A stretch of DNA of 64,000 nt from contig JBJFEZ010000061.1 of assembly GCA_051891195.1 (NCBI GenBank), positions 10,178-74,177 on the forward strand. Direction: 5' to 3'. Of this stretch, positions 35,368 through 46,441 are shown piece after piece. Under the pieces are notes generated by a model that saw only the letters and a list, made by a program, of their open reading frames with translations, had not been told where the DNA came from and did not search any database. The position numbers and the translations under genes were made by a program. The DNA comes from Clostridia bacterium. GTDB lineage: Bacteria > Bacillota > Clostridia > TANB77 > CAG-508. How positions within the stretch are numbered: the stretch's first letter is position 1; each line of letters opens with the position of its first letter.

Positions 35368-37191
35368 TTATTCAGCTGAATTTCTTCTTGCCATTCTTTC
35401 TCTTGTTTTGTTATCTAGTATTTTCTTTCTTAAACGAATATTTTTTGGTGTTATTTCAACTAGTTCATCTTCTTCTATAAATTCTATAGCTTTTTCTAAT
35501 GACATTTGAATAGGTGGTACTAAACGAAGTGCTTCGTCAGAACCTGAAGCTCTAGTATTAGTTAAGTGCTTTTCTTTACATACATTTATAGAAATATCTT
35601 CATTTCTAGAGTTAATTCCTACTATCATTCCTTCATATACTTCTACGCCAGCACCAATTAATAACTCTCCTCTTTCTTGTGCATTATATAGTCCATAAGT
35701 AATAGATGTTCCAGCTTCAAATGCTACTAAAACTCCTCTTGTTCTTGCTTGAATTTCACCTTTATATGGCTCGTAACTATCAAAAATACTATTCATAGTT
35801 CCTTCACCTTTTGTGTCTGTTAAGAACTCTGTACGGTAACCAATTAATCCTCTTGCTGGAATTTTAAATTCTACTTTTGTATGTCCTGCTTCTGCCGGTT
35901 CCATATTAACCATTTCAGCTTTTCTTCTACCTAATTTTTCAATAACATTTCCTATACAGTCATCTGGTACATTTACAACAAGTCTTTCTATTGGTTCACA
36001 TTTAACCCCATCAATTTCTTTAATAATAACTTTTGGACGAGATACTAATAGTTCAAAACCTTCTCTTCTCATTGTTTCTATTAATACAGATAAGTGTAAC
36101 TCTCCACGTCCACAAACTTCAAAACTGTCTGGTGTATCTGTTTCTTTTACACGTAAGCTTACATTTCTTTCTAATTCTTTAAATAATCTATCACGAATAT
36201 GTCTAGATGTAACAAATTGTCCTTCTTTTCCTGCTAGAGGTCCATTATTTACGCTAAATGTCATAGATACTGTTGGTTCATCAATATCAACAAATTCTAT
36301 TTTTTCTGGGTTATTTACATCACATACTGTTTCTCCAATGTTAATATCGCTAATTCCAGAAATACATAATATATCTCCTACTCCTACTTCTTCTACTTCT
36401 GTTCTTTTTAATCCTTGATAAGTAAATAATTTTGCTATTTTTCCCTGAGCTATTTTACCATCTTTTTTGCATACTGCTACACTTTGACCTGCTTTAACAG
36501 TTCCACGTTCCACTCTACCTACCGCAAGTCTTCCTAAATAATCATCATAATCAATATTAGAAACTAATAGTTGCATTGTTCCATCTTGTTCACAAGCTGG
36601 TGGATTTATATTTTTGATTATTGTATCAAAAATACAAGTTACATTATCACTTTCTTCTTGTAAATTCATTTTAGCAATGCCATTTTTAGCTGATGCATAT
36701 ACAACAGGAAAATCTAGTTGTTCATCATTAGCATCAAGCTCAATAAATAGTTCTAATACTTTGTCTACTACTTTTAATGGATCTGCTCCTGGTCTGTCAA
36801 TTTTATTTATAACAACTATTGGTTTTAAATTTAATGCTAAAGATTTTTTTAAAACTTCTCTTGTTTGTGGCATTGGTCCTTCAAAAGCATCAACTAATAA
36901 AAGTACACCATCTACCATTTTTAATACACGTTCTACTTCTCCACCAAAATCTGCGTGTCCTGGTGTATCTACAATATTTATTTTTGTTCCATTATACATA
37001 ACTGATGTGTTTTTAGAAAGAATAGTAATACCTCTTTCTTTTTCAATATCTCCTGAATCCATTACTCTTTCTGATACTTGTTCATTTTCTCTAAATACAT
37101 GGCTTTGTCTTAAAAGAGCATCAACTAAGGTTGTTTTTCCGTGGTCTACGTGTGCAATTATTGCTATATTTCTAATATTTTGATTGTTCAT
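35368..37191 (-). CDS. typA: Translational GTPase TypA/BipA
   Basis: 607 aa, G-domain AIIAHVDHGKTTLVD, DTPGHADF, NKIDR. Confidence 0.95.
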   Translation of the reverse strand: MNNQNIRNIAIIAHVDHGKTTLVDALLRQSHVFRENEQVSERVMDSGDIEKERGITILSKNTSVMYNGTKINIVDTPGHADFGGEVERVLKMVDGVLLLVDAFEGPMPQTREVLKKSLALNLKPIVVINKIDRPGADPLKVVDKVLELFIELDANDEQLDFPVVYASAKNGIAKMNLQEESDNVTCIFDTIIKNINPPACEQDGTMQLLVSNIDYDDYLGRLAVGRVERGTVKAGQSVAVCKKDGKIAQGKIAKLFTYQGLKRTEVEEVGVGDILCISGISDINIGETVCDVNNPEKIEFVDIDEPTVSMTFSVNNGPLAGKEGQFVTSRHIRDRLFKELERNVSLRVKETDTPDSFEVCGRGELHLSVLIETMRREGFELLVSRPKVIIKEIDGVKCEPIERLVVNVPDDCIGNVIEKLGRRKAEMVNMEPAEAGHTKVEFKIPARGLIGYRTEFLTDTKGEGTMNSIFDSYEPYKGEIQARTRGVLVAFEAGTSITYGLYNAQERGELLIGAGVEVYEGMIVGINSRNEDISINVCKEKHLTNTRASGSDEALRLVPPIQMSLEKAIEFIEEDELVEITPKNIRLRKKILDNKTRERMARRNSAE

Positions 37192-37234
37192 TTTTTATTA
37201 CCTCTTAATTTAAAAATAACGTTCCTATTATACT

Positions 37235-37822
37235 CTATATTTTTTCTTTTGTCAACATAATAATGTTATCCATTATGTCTTTGCTAACTTTATCTAAAAC
37301 TTCTTTTTCTGGTTTTGCAGTTTTAAATTCACTATAGTCTAATGGCTTTCCATAGTTTAAAGTTACTTTATGAAATGGCTTCATTGTTCCTTGAATTCCA
37401 ACAGGTATTACTGGTACTCCTGTCTTTAAAGCTAAAAATGCAGCTCCATTTTGTGCTTTTCCATTCTTCTCCATTCCATTTCTTGTTCCTTCTGGGAAAA
37501 GAGTTAATATTTGTCCTTCTTTTAATACTTTTAAAGAAAATTTTATAGACTCTAAGTCTTTTTTTCCTCTTTTTACTGGAAACACACAGCATTGTTTTGC
37601 AAACCATTTAATAAAATTATTTTTAAATAATTCTTCCTTTGCCATAATGTAATTTAACCTTTTAGTGGAAGCAACTAAAATGGGAGGATCCCAATTTGAC
37701 CTATGGTTTGCACACATAATATATGCTCCTTCTTTTGCTATGTTTTCTTCTCCTACTTTTTTTACTCTAAAAACAATTAAATTAAATATTCTTAATAATG
37801 CAACAACTATTTTTCTAACCAT
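37235..37822 (-). CDS. plsC: 1-acyl-sn-glycerol-3-phosphate acyltransferase
   Basis: NHRSNWD (HxxxxD) and FPEGTR motifs. Confidence 0.85.
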   Translation of the reverse strand: MVRKIVVALLRIFNLIVFRVKKVGEENIAKEGAYIMCANHRSNWDPPILVASTKRLNYIMAKEELFKNNFIKWFAKQCCVFPVKRGKKDLESIKFSLKVLKEGQILTLFPEGTRNGMEKNGKAQNGAAFLALKTGVPVIPVGIQGTMKPFHKVTLNYGKPLDYSEFKTAKPEKEVLDKVSKDIMDNIIMLTKEKI

Positions 37823-37973
37823 TGATTTATATCCTTTCTATTTTAAGCAAAAAAACGCTTTTGTAGCGTTTATTCTTGTTTTTTGATATCTGCTACTAAC
37901 ATATGATATTATATAACAGTTATCAAATTTTGTCTATTATTTTTGGTTTAAATATAGTTACAGTATTTGATTT

Positions 37974-38294
37974 TTATATTTGTTTTATTTCTTCAAGAGG
38001 AACTACTCTTATTGTATATCCCATAGGATATAATAACTTTATAAGAGTACTAGTCTGTGGAGAATTAACACATCTTTCAATTCTAGCAATAACAGGTTGC
38101 TTAATTCCACTTTTCTTACTTAACTCTCTTTGAGTAAGTTTATTTTTCTTTCTAGCTTCAATAGTTGCTCGTATTATGTCCATTTCAAGTTTAATTTCTT
38201 CTTCTTCTGGTGTAATATTTAATTCCTGCTCAAATTCATTCCATTTGGTAAACTTTTCACTCATTTCATTCACTCCTTCTTCTATAATCTTCAA
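37974..38294 (-). CDS. XRE-family HTH transcriptional regulator
   Basis: 106 aa, KKNKLTQRELSKKSGIKQPVIARIE HTH. Confidence 0.7.
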   Translation of the reverse strand: MKIIEEGVNEMSEKFTKWNEFEQELNITPEEEEIKLEMDIIRATIEARKKNKLTQRELSKKSGIKQPVIARIERCVNSPQTSTLIKLLYPMGYTIRVVPLEEIKQI

Positions 38295-38527
38295 ATATCA
38301 TATATCGTACATATAGTATCTCCTCTTATATTATATTTATGATAACATATTAGTTATCGTATTGTCAATGTTTTTATTTTCAATTCATATCTTTTTGGGA
38401 TTTTTTACAGAATATTTGAAAAAAAATAAAATGAATAGAATAAAATAATAATTATTATTTTAATAGCTTTTATATTATTAGTCAATAAAAATCGTTAGAC
38501 AAATTTCTACAAAATTTTACAACTAAA

Positions 38528-38560
38528 AAAGAATGCTGTTATTTAGCATTCTTTTTTTGC
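38528..38560 (-). terminator. Terminator at the end of the polysaccharide locus
   Basis: aaaaagaatgctgttatttagcattcttttttt. Confidence 0.6.
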
Positions 38561-38572
38561 TTTATTCCAATG

Positions 38573-40048
38573 TTATTCTCCTAATATTTCATTAATTTTT
38601 TCTTTAGCTGCATTTACAGATGTAGAACTAGGAATCATTGTATATAGTAGTTGACTACCCATAGAATAAGTAGGATTACTTGCTCCTGTTCCTGTTAAGC
38701 TATTTGTTTTAATTGTCCACGAAGACATACTGTTTATTTGGTCTTTTACTAATTTGCTTATATCATCTTGGTCAATATTTGTTTGAAAACTACCTTTTAA
38801 AGAGTCTAAAATACTTGTATATTTTGTTAGTATTGTAGTACTATTTAATACTTTTTTCATTATAGCTTCAATTACAGCTTGTTGATTTTTTATTCTTTGA
38901 TTGTCTCCATCTGCAAAAGAATATCTTTCTCTACTAAAAGCTAACGCTTCTTCTCCATTTAAATGATTATATCCTTTTTCAAAATGATGTCTTTGTGCAG
39001 TAAAATTATAGTCTGAGTAAACATCTATACCACCTAAAGTATCTACTAATTTAATAACAGTTGTAAAATTAACCCTTACATAATAGTTTATTTCAGTATC
39101 TAGTAAATCTTCTACTGTTGAAACAGTTTCGTTTATTCCATAAATTCCAGAGTGTGTTAATTTGTCTTTAGCTTGTTTACTGTGTAATGTAACATAATAA
39201 TCTCTAGGAATTGATGTTAGTAAAACTGTATGTGTTTTAGTATTTATAGTTGCTAAAATATTTGCATCACTTCTTGATACATTACTAATGTTTCCTGTTG
39301 TATCTATTCCGCTTATATATACGTTAAATATTCCACTTTCAACACTATACTTTGAATTAGTGTTTTCTACTTTTGAAGAAACTTGTAATTCGTGTTTTTC
39401 TGTATATAGAATTTTAGTTTTTCCCTTAAATTCTTTAATTTCATCACTAAGCATACTGTATTGTGTTGCACTTACCAATATAACATCAATTTTATTTTCT
39501 AGTAATTCATTTCCTAAGTTTGTTAGATTGTCCACTGTATTAAATGTTACACTTACTTTTTGTTCTATTTTTGTTTTTACATCTTCTTCTACTTGGAACA
39601 TATATACTTCTTCGTTCTTAATGTCTTCTATTTTTTCATAACTACTATCTTTTCTTACAACTACATAATATTCATCTGTTTCTTTTACTTCTTGTAATAT
39701 ATTACCCAAAAAGCCTATAGTTGCTAATGCGTAGTTAGTTGCATATGCATATATTCCTGAAACAAATAATATAATTATAAAGCAAAATATAGTTAGTTTA
39801 TATGTTCTATGCCTTTTTAACAGTCCTATTATCATAGCTAAAGTAAATATTATTTCTGCTATTGTAAATATAGCAATTACCCAACCTGGTAGCAAATTTA
39901 ATTTTAATATTGAAATATAAAAAATTATTGTAATTACAAAAAATGCAAATGCAATTACTTTTAAAAAAGCATCTAAAGTTTTATTTCTTTTTTTTCTCCT
40001 TCTTGAAGTGTTACCTTCTTGAGTTTTCATTCTTTTACCTTCGCTCAT
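38573..40048 (-). CDS. LytR-CpsA-Psr (LCP) family glycopolymer phosphotransferase
   Basis: 491 aa, N-terminal TM helices, then the LCP domain. Confidence 0.75.
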   Translation of the reverse strand: MSEGKRMKTQEGNTSRRRKKRNKTLDAFLKVIAFAFFVITIIFYISILKLNLLPGWVIAIFTIAEIIFTLAMIIGLLKRHRTYKLTIFCFIIILFVSGIYAYATNYALATIGFLGNILQEVKETDEYYVVVRKDSSYEKIEDIKNEEVYMFQVEEDVKTKIEQKVSVTFNTVDNLTNLGNELLENKIDVILVSATQYSMLSDEIKEFKGKTKILYTEKHELQVSSKVENTNSKYSVESGIFNVYISGIDTTGNISNVSRSDANILATINTKTHTVLLTSIPRDYYVTLHSKQAKDKLTHSGIYGINETVSTVEDLLDTEINYYVRVNFTTVIKLVDTLGGIDVYSDYNFTAQRHHFEKGYNHLNGEEALAFSRERYSFADGDNQRIKNQQAVIEAIMKKVLNSTTILTKYTSILDSLKGSFQTNIDQDDISKLVKDQINSMSSWTIKTNSLTGTGASNPTYSMGSQLLYTMIPSSTSVNAAKEKINEILGE

Positions 40049-40067
40049 TTTTCCTCCTTTTTATTAG

Positions 40068-41285
40068 TTATTTCTCTATTAACTTCATATATATTTCTTT
40101 CATATATTCTACATTGTCTAACCAATTATAATTTTCAACAACTCTTTTTCTAGCATTTTTTCCAAATCTTATTCTTAATTCTTTATCTCTTAAGAGCTTT
40201 TCTATATTAGTTGCTATTTGATCAATATTTTTTCTTTCTATAATATATCCAGTTTCATTGTTTACCATTACTTCTGAAAATCCGTCAACATCTGTTGCGA
40301 TTATTGGAAGTTCACAGGCCATTGCTTCTACTACAGCAACTCCAAAACTTTCACTATTTAGAATACTTGTAGCACAAAACACATCAAGTTCACTTAGTTT
40401 TTCAGGTACTATATCATTTGGTATTGCTCCCATAAAAAAAACTTGTTTGCTTAAATTGTTTCGCTTAACTAAATTTTCGAGCTCTTCTCTCTGGTTTCCT
40501 TTTCCATATATATATAACTTTATAGAATCAGCCAATGATTTTTCTCCATTTGTGTTTAGCTTATCTATTAACTTTTTTACTCCTAGTATTAAATATTCTA
40601 TTCCATATTTTTTTTCTAATTTTTTTATATTTCCGATATTAAAATCATTATCCTCTCTTTTACATTCACGCTTTTTAAATTTTTCTATGTCAACACCGAA
40701 TGGTGTAATAAAAATTTCTTTTTTTAAGTTTGGAAATTGCCTTTTTAATTCGTTAGCCATTACATTACTAGTAGAAGCTATAAGGTCTGCTTTCATCACA
40801 TTTTTTTCTAAAATTCTCCTTTTTATTTTAGATTCATTAGGAAAATCATAAACATCACTCCCCCATATAGATAGCAATATAGGTTTTGTATTTGAAATTC
40901 TAGCTAAAGTACCATAGCCACTTGCATAATGTACATTTACTATGTTTGGATTTATATTTTTATATATTTTTTTTAATTGAACCATATTTAAATAATATCC
41001 CACTGGAGCTTTATATTTTAATTCATGTAATATTACTTCCTGCTTAATATTATCAATATTAGGCTTATGATTTCTACAATAAACAAGGTGTACTTCAAAT
41101 TCATCTGATAATGAATTCACCCATTTAACAGTATGAATACTATTTGCTGCTGATATAAACATTACTTTAATTTTTTCCATTCGTTTCTTGTCGTATAATA
41201 ACTTAAGTATATTATACTCCCCTTTCTTTCTTTCTTTATTTATTTTTATATATATAATTTTAATACCAATGAATGGTTTTATCAT
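40068..41285 (-). CDS. GT4-family glycosyltransferase
   Basis: 405 aa, C-terminal EAMACELPIIATDVDG..E motif typical of GT4. ATGA start/stop overlap with the upstream gene. Confidence 0.75.
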   Translation of the reverse strand: MIKPFIGIKIIYIKINKERKKGEYNILKLLYDKKRMEKIKVMFISAANSIHTVKWVNSLSDEFEVHLVYCRNHKPNIDNIKQEVILHELKYKAPVGYYLNMVQLKKIYKNINPNIVNVHYASGYGTLARISNTKPILLSIWGSDVYDFPNESKIKRRILEKNVMKADLIASTSNVMANELKRQFPNLKKEIFITPFGVDIEKFKKRECKREDNDFNIGNIKKLEKKYGIEYLILGVKKLIDKLNTNGEKSLADSIKLYIYGKGNQREELENLVKRNNLSKQVFFMGAIPNDIVPEKLSELDVFCATSILNSESFGVAVVEAMACELPIIATDVDGFSEVMVNNETGYIIERKNIDQIATNIEKLLRDKELRIRFGKNARKRVVENYNWLDNVEYMKEIYMKLIEK

Positions 41286-42394
41286 TTTAAGTCATTTATA
41301 ACTTTATTAGCCCTTGCACTCCAAGTATTATTTTTCACAACTATTTTTTGATTGTTTTTTATATTTTCTATTTCTTCTTTATTGTTTTTTAAATAATCTA
41401 ATATTTTTTTAATTTCTTCTTCTTTGCATTCTATTGTCCAACCTATATTATTATTTTCTACAAACTTTCCTCCAACACTTCCTTTAGTGGCTATTATAGG
41501 TTTATTATAAGCTAAGTATTCAAATAATTTTATTGGCATTGCAATTCTCATATATTCATTTTTTTCAAATACCAAACTACATACATCTGCCTCTTCATAA
41601 TATTTTTTTAGTTCTTCATTTCCTGCATGAACAATTTTTATATTATCATCTATATATTTACTAAGCTTGTATTTCATTTTTTCCCATTCTGGCTCTCTAC
41701 AACAGACAGTAAAATTTATATCTTTCTCTTTTTTTATCATTTTAAACATTTTTTCAAAATTGTATACATCCTCAGATATTCCTCCAACATAAAAAATATT
41801 TAACATTTCATTATCTTTCTTTATTTCTTTTATTGGTATAATATCGCATCCAGGCGGAAGTTCATCAATAATGTATCTTACATTGTTTACATTTTTATAA
41901 GGTAAATATTGAAGTACTTGATCTGAAGCTAAATATAAGTAGTCTAATAGTTTTCTATATTGATATAAATCATATTTATAGAAAAGTACTGAAGGAATCC
42001 TCTTCCAAAATACTACATTCTTTTTGTATGGTTTAAACATCCAATGCATATCTCTATAAAATAGTCCTATCTTTATTCCTCTTTTTTGGCAATATTTTAT
42101 AAAAGAAAAGTCTAACATCGGATGTAATGGTAAATGATGTCTTTCTGTCAATAAGGTAGGCATAGTACTACTTTCCGAGTATAGAAAATCATAGTTAACC
42201 CCATTTTTTATATTTTGCTTAATCTGTTTAATTTGCTTTTTCCTATCTTTCGCATATCCCATAACTATGTCTACTATATATCCATTTTCTTTAAATCCTT
42301 CTATCATTTTTAATGGCCTTATATTTGAACCTGATTTTTTATTAATGTCTATATGATTAGGAATATGAAAAATACATCTTTTTTGATTGATCAC
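41282..42394 (-). CDS. Putative glycosyltransferase (family unassigned)
   Basis: 370 aa, cytoplasmic, operon context between a GT4 and wzx. Confidence 0.4.
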   Translation of the reverse strand: MINQKRCIFHIPNHIDINKKSGSNIRPLKMIEGFKENGYIVDIVMGYAKDRKKQIKQIKQNIKNGVNYDFLYSESSTMPTLLTERHHLPLHPMLDFSFIKYCQKRGIKIGLFYRDMHWMFKPYKKNVVFWKRIPSVLFYKYDLYQYRKLLDYLYLASDQVLQYLPYKNVNNVRYIIDELPPGCDIIPIKEIKKDNEMLNIFYVGGISEDVYNFEKMFKMIKKEKDINFTVCCREPEWEKMKYKLSKYIDDNIKIVHAGNEELKKYYEEADVCSLVFEKNEYMRIAMPIKLFEYLAYNKPIIATKGSVGGKFVENNNIGWTIECKEEEIKKILDYLKNNKEEIENIKNNQKIVVKNNTWSARANKVINDLK

Positions 42395-42428
42395 CTAATT
42401 ATCCTCCAATTTTTATATTTTGCTTTTA

Positions 42429-43703
42429 CTAGCTTTTTATTTTTTTCAATATTATGTCTTTAATAATGTAAAAATCTTCTTTTTTAGGGATCAATAGCTC
42501 TTTTATAGTAATTCCGTCTTTTTTTAATAATATTATATAAGTTACTCCATAAACTATATAAGCTATTGTTGATGCTATAGCAGCTCCATTAACCCCTATT
42601 CTTGGAACAAATATTGAATTTAAAATTATATTAATTATTAGTACCATTCCTGAAACTTTTAAATGTATCTTAGTTCTTCCATCAGTACAAAAATATGCTG
42701 GCGCTACTTTTCCAATTGCTACAAATGAAATTCCAAGCAATAATATAACCATTAACCCACCGGATTGTTCATATTCACTTCCATACAATATTGTAACAAG
42801 TGGTTTGCATAATATACCTATTATGCATATAATTAAAGTTATATAAAAAGCAAATTTTATTATTTGAGCAGATATATGCTTTCTTTCTTCCTTTCTACAG
42901 CTATATAGTTTTCCTTCAAATGCTGATTTAATTGAATCGGGAAAAATAAAAGCTAAGTCTGCCAAATGAACAGCAATTGAATAGATTCCAAGTTGTGAAT
43001 TTCCTAAAGTCTGTCTTACATATATTTGATCAACTCTATAGTTTAGATATATAAATAATCCAGCTAAATATAATGGCATCCCATATTTTAGTTCTTCTAT
43101 TATTATTTTTTTATTAATACTAAATTTATATTTAATTTTTAATATTTTTAGTAATATTACTAACCTTACAACTTCTAATATCGCATATAATATTGACAAA
43201 TTAAATATGTTTAACATATTTATATAATATAGTCCAATGATTAAAAGACTTTTTAATATGTATATCAGAATGAAATATTTATTATATACATATATATTTT
43301 CTTCTGCCACATATATTGTTACAAAAAAATTACTAAACAATAGTGATATTGCATAAATAAGCCAAATAATCATTAATATATATATATTATTTGAAAATAT
43401 TATATGTTTAAATAATATAATTGCAATCACATATATCGTACTTAATATCAATAAAGCACTAATATTAGTATTTATAATGTCCTGCTTATCAAAATCTGTC
43501 TTTTTTATAAAATAACTCATAGAGCTAGTTATTGCTATTCCTCCATAACCAGCAATTATTCCAAAAATCAAAGTATAATATGAAAATTGTCCTTGATTTT
43601 CTGTTCCAAGCCCTCTTGCTAGTAAAATACTAGTAAAAAATCCCATTATAATTGTAGTTATTTGTAAAGCCAAATTACTAATTATATTTTTTTTAAACTT
43701 CAT
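42429..43703 (-). CDS. wzx: Oligosaccharide flippase (Wzx, MOP superfamily)
   Basis: 424 aa, ~12 TM, typical topology. Confidence 0.7.
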   Translation of the reverse strand: MKFKKNIISNLALQITTIIMGFFTSILLARGLGTENQGQFSYYTLIFGIIAGYGGIAITSSMSYFIKKTDFDKQDIINTNISALLILSTIYVIAIILFKHIIFSNNIYILMIIWLIYAISLLFSNFFVTIYVAEENIYVYNKYFILIYILKSLLIIGLYYINMLNIFNLSILYAILEVVRLVILLKILKIKYKFSINKKIIIEELKYGMPLYLAGLFIYLNYRVDQIYVRQTLGNSQLGIYSIAVHLADLAFIFPDSIKSAFEGKLYSCRKEERKHISAQIIKFAFYITLIICIIGILCKPLVTILYGSEYEQSGGLMVILLLGISFVAIGKVAPAYFCTDGRTKIHLKVSGMVLIINIILNSIFVPRIGVNGAAIASTIAYIVYGVTYIILLKKDGITIKELLIPKKEDFYIIKDIILKKIKS

Positions 43704-45066
43704 CTCGTTTTCTCCATATATTTTCTAGTTTATTTACTAATTTTTCACTTGATAATATCTTTATTCCATATATAACTATTATCATAATTAAAAATTGAAT
43801 ATTATATAAAAATTCGACAATTCCTCCTTGTAATACAGTTGTAAAAATTATAAAAGATTCTACATATAAAATTATATTTAATGGAGTTTTTTTGGATTTT
43901 AAATATATGCATAATATTGCTGAAAATAATACTCCTACTAATATTGGTGATATCACTACTCCAAAGAATCCAAAATTCGCATATGCTTCTCCTATAAAAG
44001 CTGTGCTCATAACTCCTGCTGTTCCATTTTTTATTGCTTCTTTATTATATGTCTCCATTAATACTCTTCCAGATCTTATATCATATTCGCCACTTCCAAA
44101 TAATACTGATGTAAATGGTGGAAAACTATGTCCATATAGATAATTAACCTCTGACGGAAATGTATTAAAATGTAAGAACATTGTCCCCGCTTGTGTAATT
44201 AATATTCTTGATAAAGGTCCATTAGAAAGTGATATTAAGTCTCCATTATAGTTATATATTATACAATATAATATTACTATTAAAATTATAGTTACCATTA
44301 TATATGGTATTATTTTTCTAAATTTCGCCGTATTTCCCAACATTATTTCTATGATAAAAAAGTAACATATATAATATATTATTGGTGCCTTTGAGAAATC
44401 ATAAGTTTTTATAAATATATTTAAAATAAATGAAATAATAAATAATAACTTCCATTTTTTTTCTTTGGTCGTTCTCATATATATATATGCAATATAAGAT
44501 AAAATTGGTGTTATTGTTAACATTATTATATTTTTTATGTATTGATTTCCATTAAAATTTCTTCCTATATTAATTCTTTCTGTTGCAAAATCAAAATTAG
44601 GATCAAAATATTTTAAAAAAGGAATATATCCAATACATATAAATACATATATTGTTGCTATTAAACATATTATTAATCCTACAAGCACTAATATATATAT
44701 TTTTTTTCTAGTATTCTCTTCTTCAATGTCAACTTTAGAATTAATATTTCTTGTGTATAGTTCATTTATGTTAGTTATTTTAAAAATAAATTTATTCGCA
44801 ATAATTATTATACAAGGTAAAACTATCATAGTATATGCCATAGCCCAATACGTAATATTTATAACACTATTATTACTTATTTTTTGAATCAAATAGTGAT
44901 CTCTAAATCCTAAATATACTAATGTTATCCCTATAAATTCAAATATCATTAAGCTATAAAAGGCAAAGCTAGAAATATTTATTAAATTAATTTTTAAATT
45001 TCCAGATGCCTTTTTAAACAACAGTGCACTTAAAATAATTACAATAGTTGATATAATATAATTCAT
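43693..45066 (-). CDS. wzy: Oligosaccharide repeat-unit polymerase (Wzy-like)
   Basis: 457 aa polytopic membrane protein with a large loop. Positioned between wzx and the sugar-nucleotide genes. Confidence 0.55.
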   Translation of the reverse strand: MNYIISTIVIILSALLFKKASGNLKINLINISSFAFYSLMIFEFIGITLVYLGFRDHYLIQKISNNSVINITYWAMAYTMIVLPCIIIIANKFIFKITNINELYTRNINSKVDIEEENTRKKIYILVLVGLIICLIATIYVFICIGYIPFLKYFDPNFDFATERINIGRNFNGNQYIKNIIMLTITPILSYIAYIYMRTTKEKKWKLLFIISFILNIFIKTYDFSKAPIIYYICYFFIIEIMLGNTAKFRKIIPYIMVTIILIVILYCIIYNYNGDLISLSNGPLSRILITQAGTMFLHFNTFPSEVNYLYGHSFPPFTSVLFGSGEYDIRSGRVLMETYNKEAIKNGTAGVMSTAFIGEAYANFGFFGVVISPILVGVLFSAILCIYLKSKKTPLNIILYVESFIIFTTVLQGGIVEFLYNIQFLIMIIVIYGIKILSSEKLVNKLENIWRKRDEV

Positions 45067-45115
45067 TTTTTGATTTTTCTCCTATATTTTTTACCTTTGT
45101 TACTAATAGTAGTCA

Positions 45116-46438
45116 TTATAATAATTCGATATTATCTCTATTTTTTATATTTTTCATAGCATTTCTTGTATCAAAAATTGCTTTTGCATTTTTTTGTATC
45201 ATTTCATAGTCAAAATTACTATGGGCAGCTGTAAATATAACTAAATCAGCTTCCATTACTTTGTTCTTGTCTATTTTTTCTAGTCCTTTGTGTACTTGTC
45301 CTTTATATTTATATTCAGGAATCCATGGGTCATAAAAATCTACGTTTGCACCTTCTCTTTGCAATATTTCAATTACTCTTAAAGCTGGACTTTCTCTATA
45401 ATCATCAATATCATTTTTATAAGCAACACCAAGTACTAAAACTTTTGATCCATTTAATGCTTTTTGGAATCTTAGACTTAACATTCTACTTGCTCTTTCT
45501 ACACAATACTCAGGCATTCTGTCATTGATAATTCCAGATGCTTGTATTAATGATGTATGAAAACCATATTCTCTAGCTTTCCAATCTAAATAATATGGAT
45601 CTAGTGGAATACAGTGTCCTCCTAGTCCTGGTCCTGGATAAAATGCTTGAAAACCGTAAGGTTTTGTTTTAGCTGCATCTACTACTTCCCATAAACTAAT
45701 TTTCATCTTTTCACATAACATAGCAAGTTCATTTACTAATCCAATATTAATATTTCTATAAGTATTTTCTAATATTTTTTCCATTTCTGCTACTGCTGGT
45801 GATGAGACTTCATATACATCAGCACCAAGTACTGCTCTATACATTTTTGAAATTACTTCTGTTGCTTCTTTTCCAATCGCTCCTACCACTTTTGGAGTGT
45901 TTTTAGTTTTATAATATACATTGCCTGGGTCAACCCTTTCTGGTGAAAATCCCAAATAAAAATCTTCTCCACATTTTAATCCAGAGCCTTCTTCTAAAAT
46001 TGGTTTAATTAATTCTTCTGTTGTTCCTGGATAAGTTGTAGATTCTAAAACTACCATAGTTTCTTTACTTAAATGTTTTGATATTGCTTTAGCACTATTT
46101 TCAACATAACTAATATCTGGTTGTTGATGCTCATCTAATGGTGTTGGTACACAAATAGCAATAAAGTCTACATCTTTAATAAATGAAAAATCCGTCGTTG
46201 CTTTTAGCATTCCATTTTCTACTAATTCTTTTAAATCACTATCTACAACATCCCCAATATAATTATGTCCTTCATTTACCATTTTGACTTTTGCATCCTG
46301 TACATCAAATCCTATTGTCTTAAATCCTGCTTTTGCTTTTTCAACAGCAAGAGGTAATCCTACATATCCTAAACCTACTACTCCTACAATAATTTCTTTG
46401 TTTTCAATTTTTTTAGTTAAGTTTTCTTTCATTCCCAT
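45116..46438 (-). CDS. UDP-N-acetyl-hexosamine 6-dehydrogenase (WbpA/WecC family nucleotide-sugar dehydrogenase)
   Basis: 440 aa, N-terminal NAD motif VGLGYVGLPLA, catalytic Cys region GGHCIPLDP. Confidence 0.8.
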   Translation of the reverse strand: MGMKENLTKKIENKEIIVGVVGLGYVGLPLAVEKAKAGFKTIGFDVQDAKVKMVNEGHNYIGDVVDSDLKELVENGMLKATTDFSFIKDVDFIAICVPTPLDEHQQPDISYVENSAKAISKHLSKETMVVLESTTYPGTTEELIKPILEEGSGLKCGEDFYLGFSPERVDPGNVYYKTKNTPKVVGAIGKEATEVISKMYRAVLGADVYEVSSPAVAEMEKILENTYRNINIGLVNELAMLCEKMKISLWEVVDAAKTKPYGFQAFYPGPGLGGHCIPLDPYYLDWKAREYGFHTSLIQASGIINDRMPEYCVERASRMLSLRFQKALNGSKVLVLGVAYKNDIDDYRESPALRVIEILQREGANVDFYDPWIPEYKYKGQVHKGLEKIDKNKVMEADLVIFTAAHSNFDYEMIQKNAKAIFDTRNAMKNIKNRDNIELL

Positions 46439-46441
46439 TTT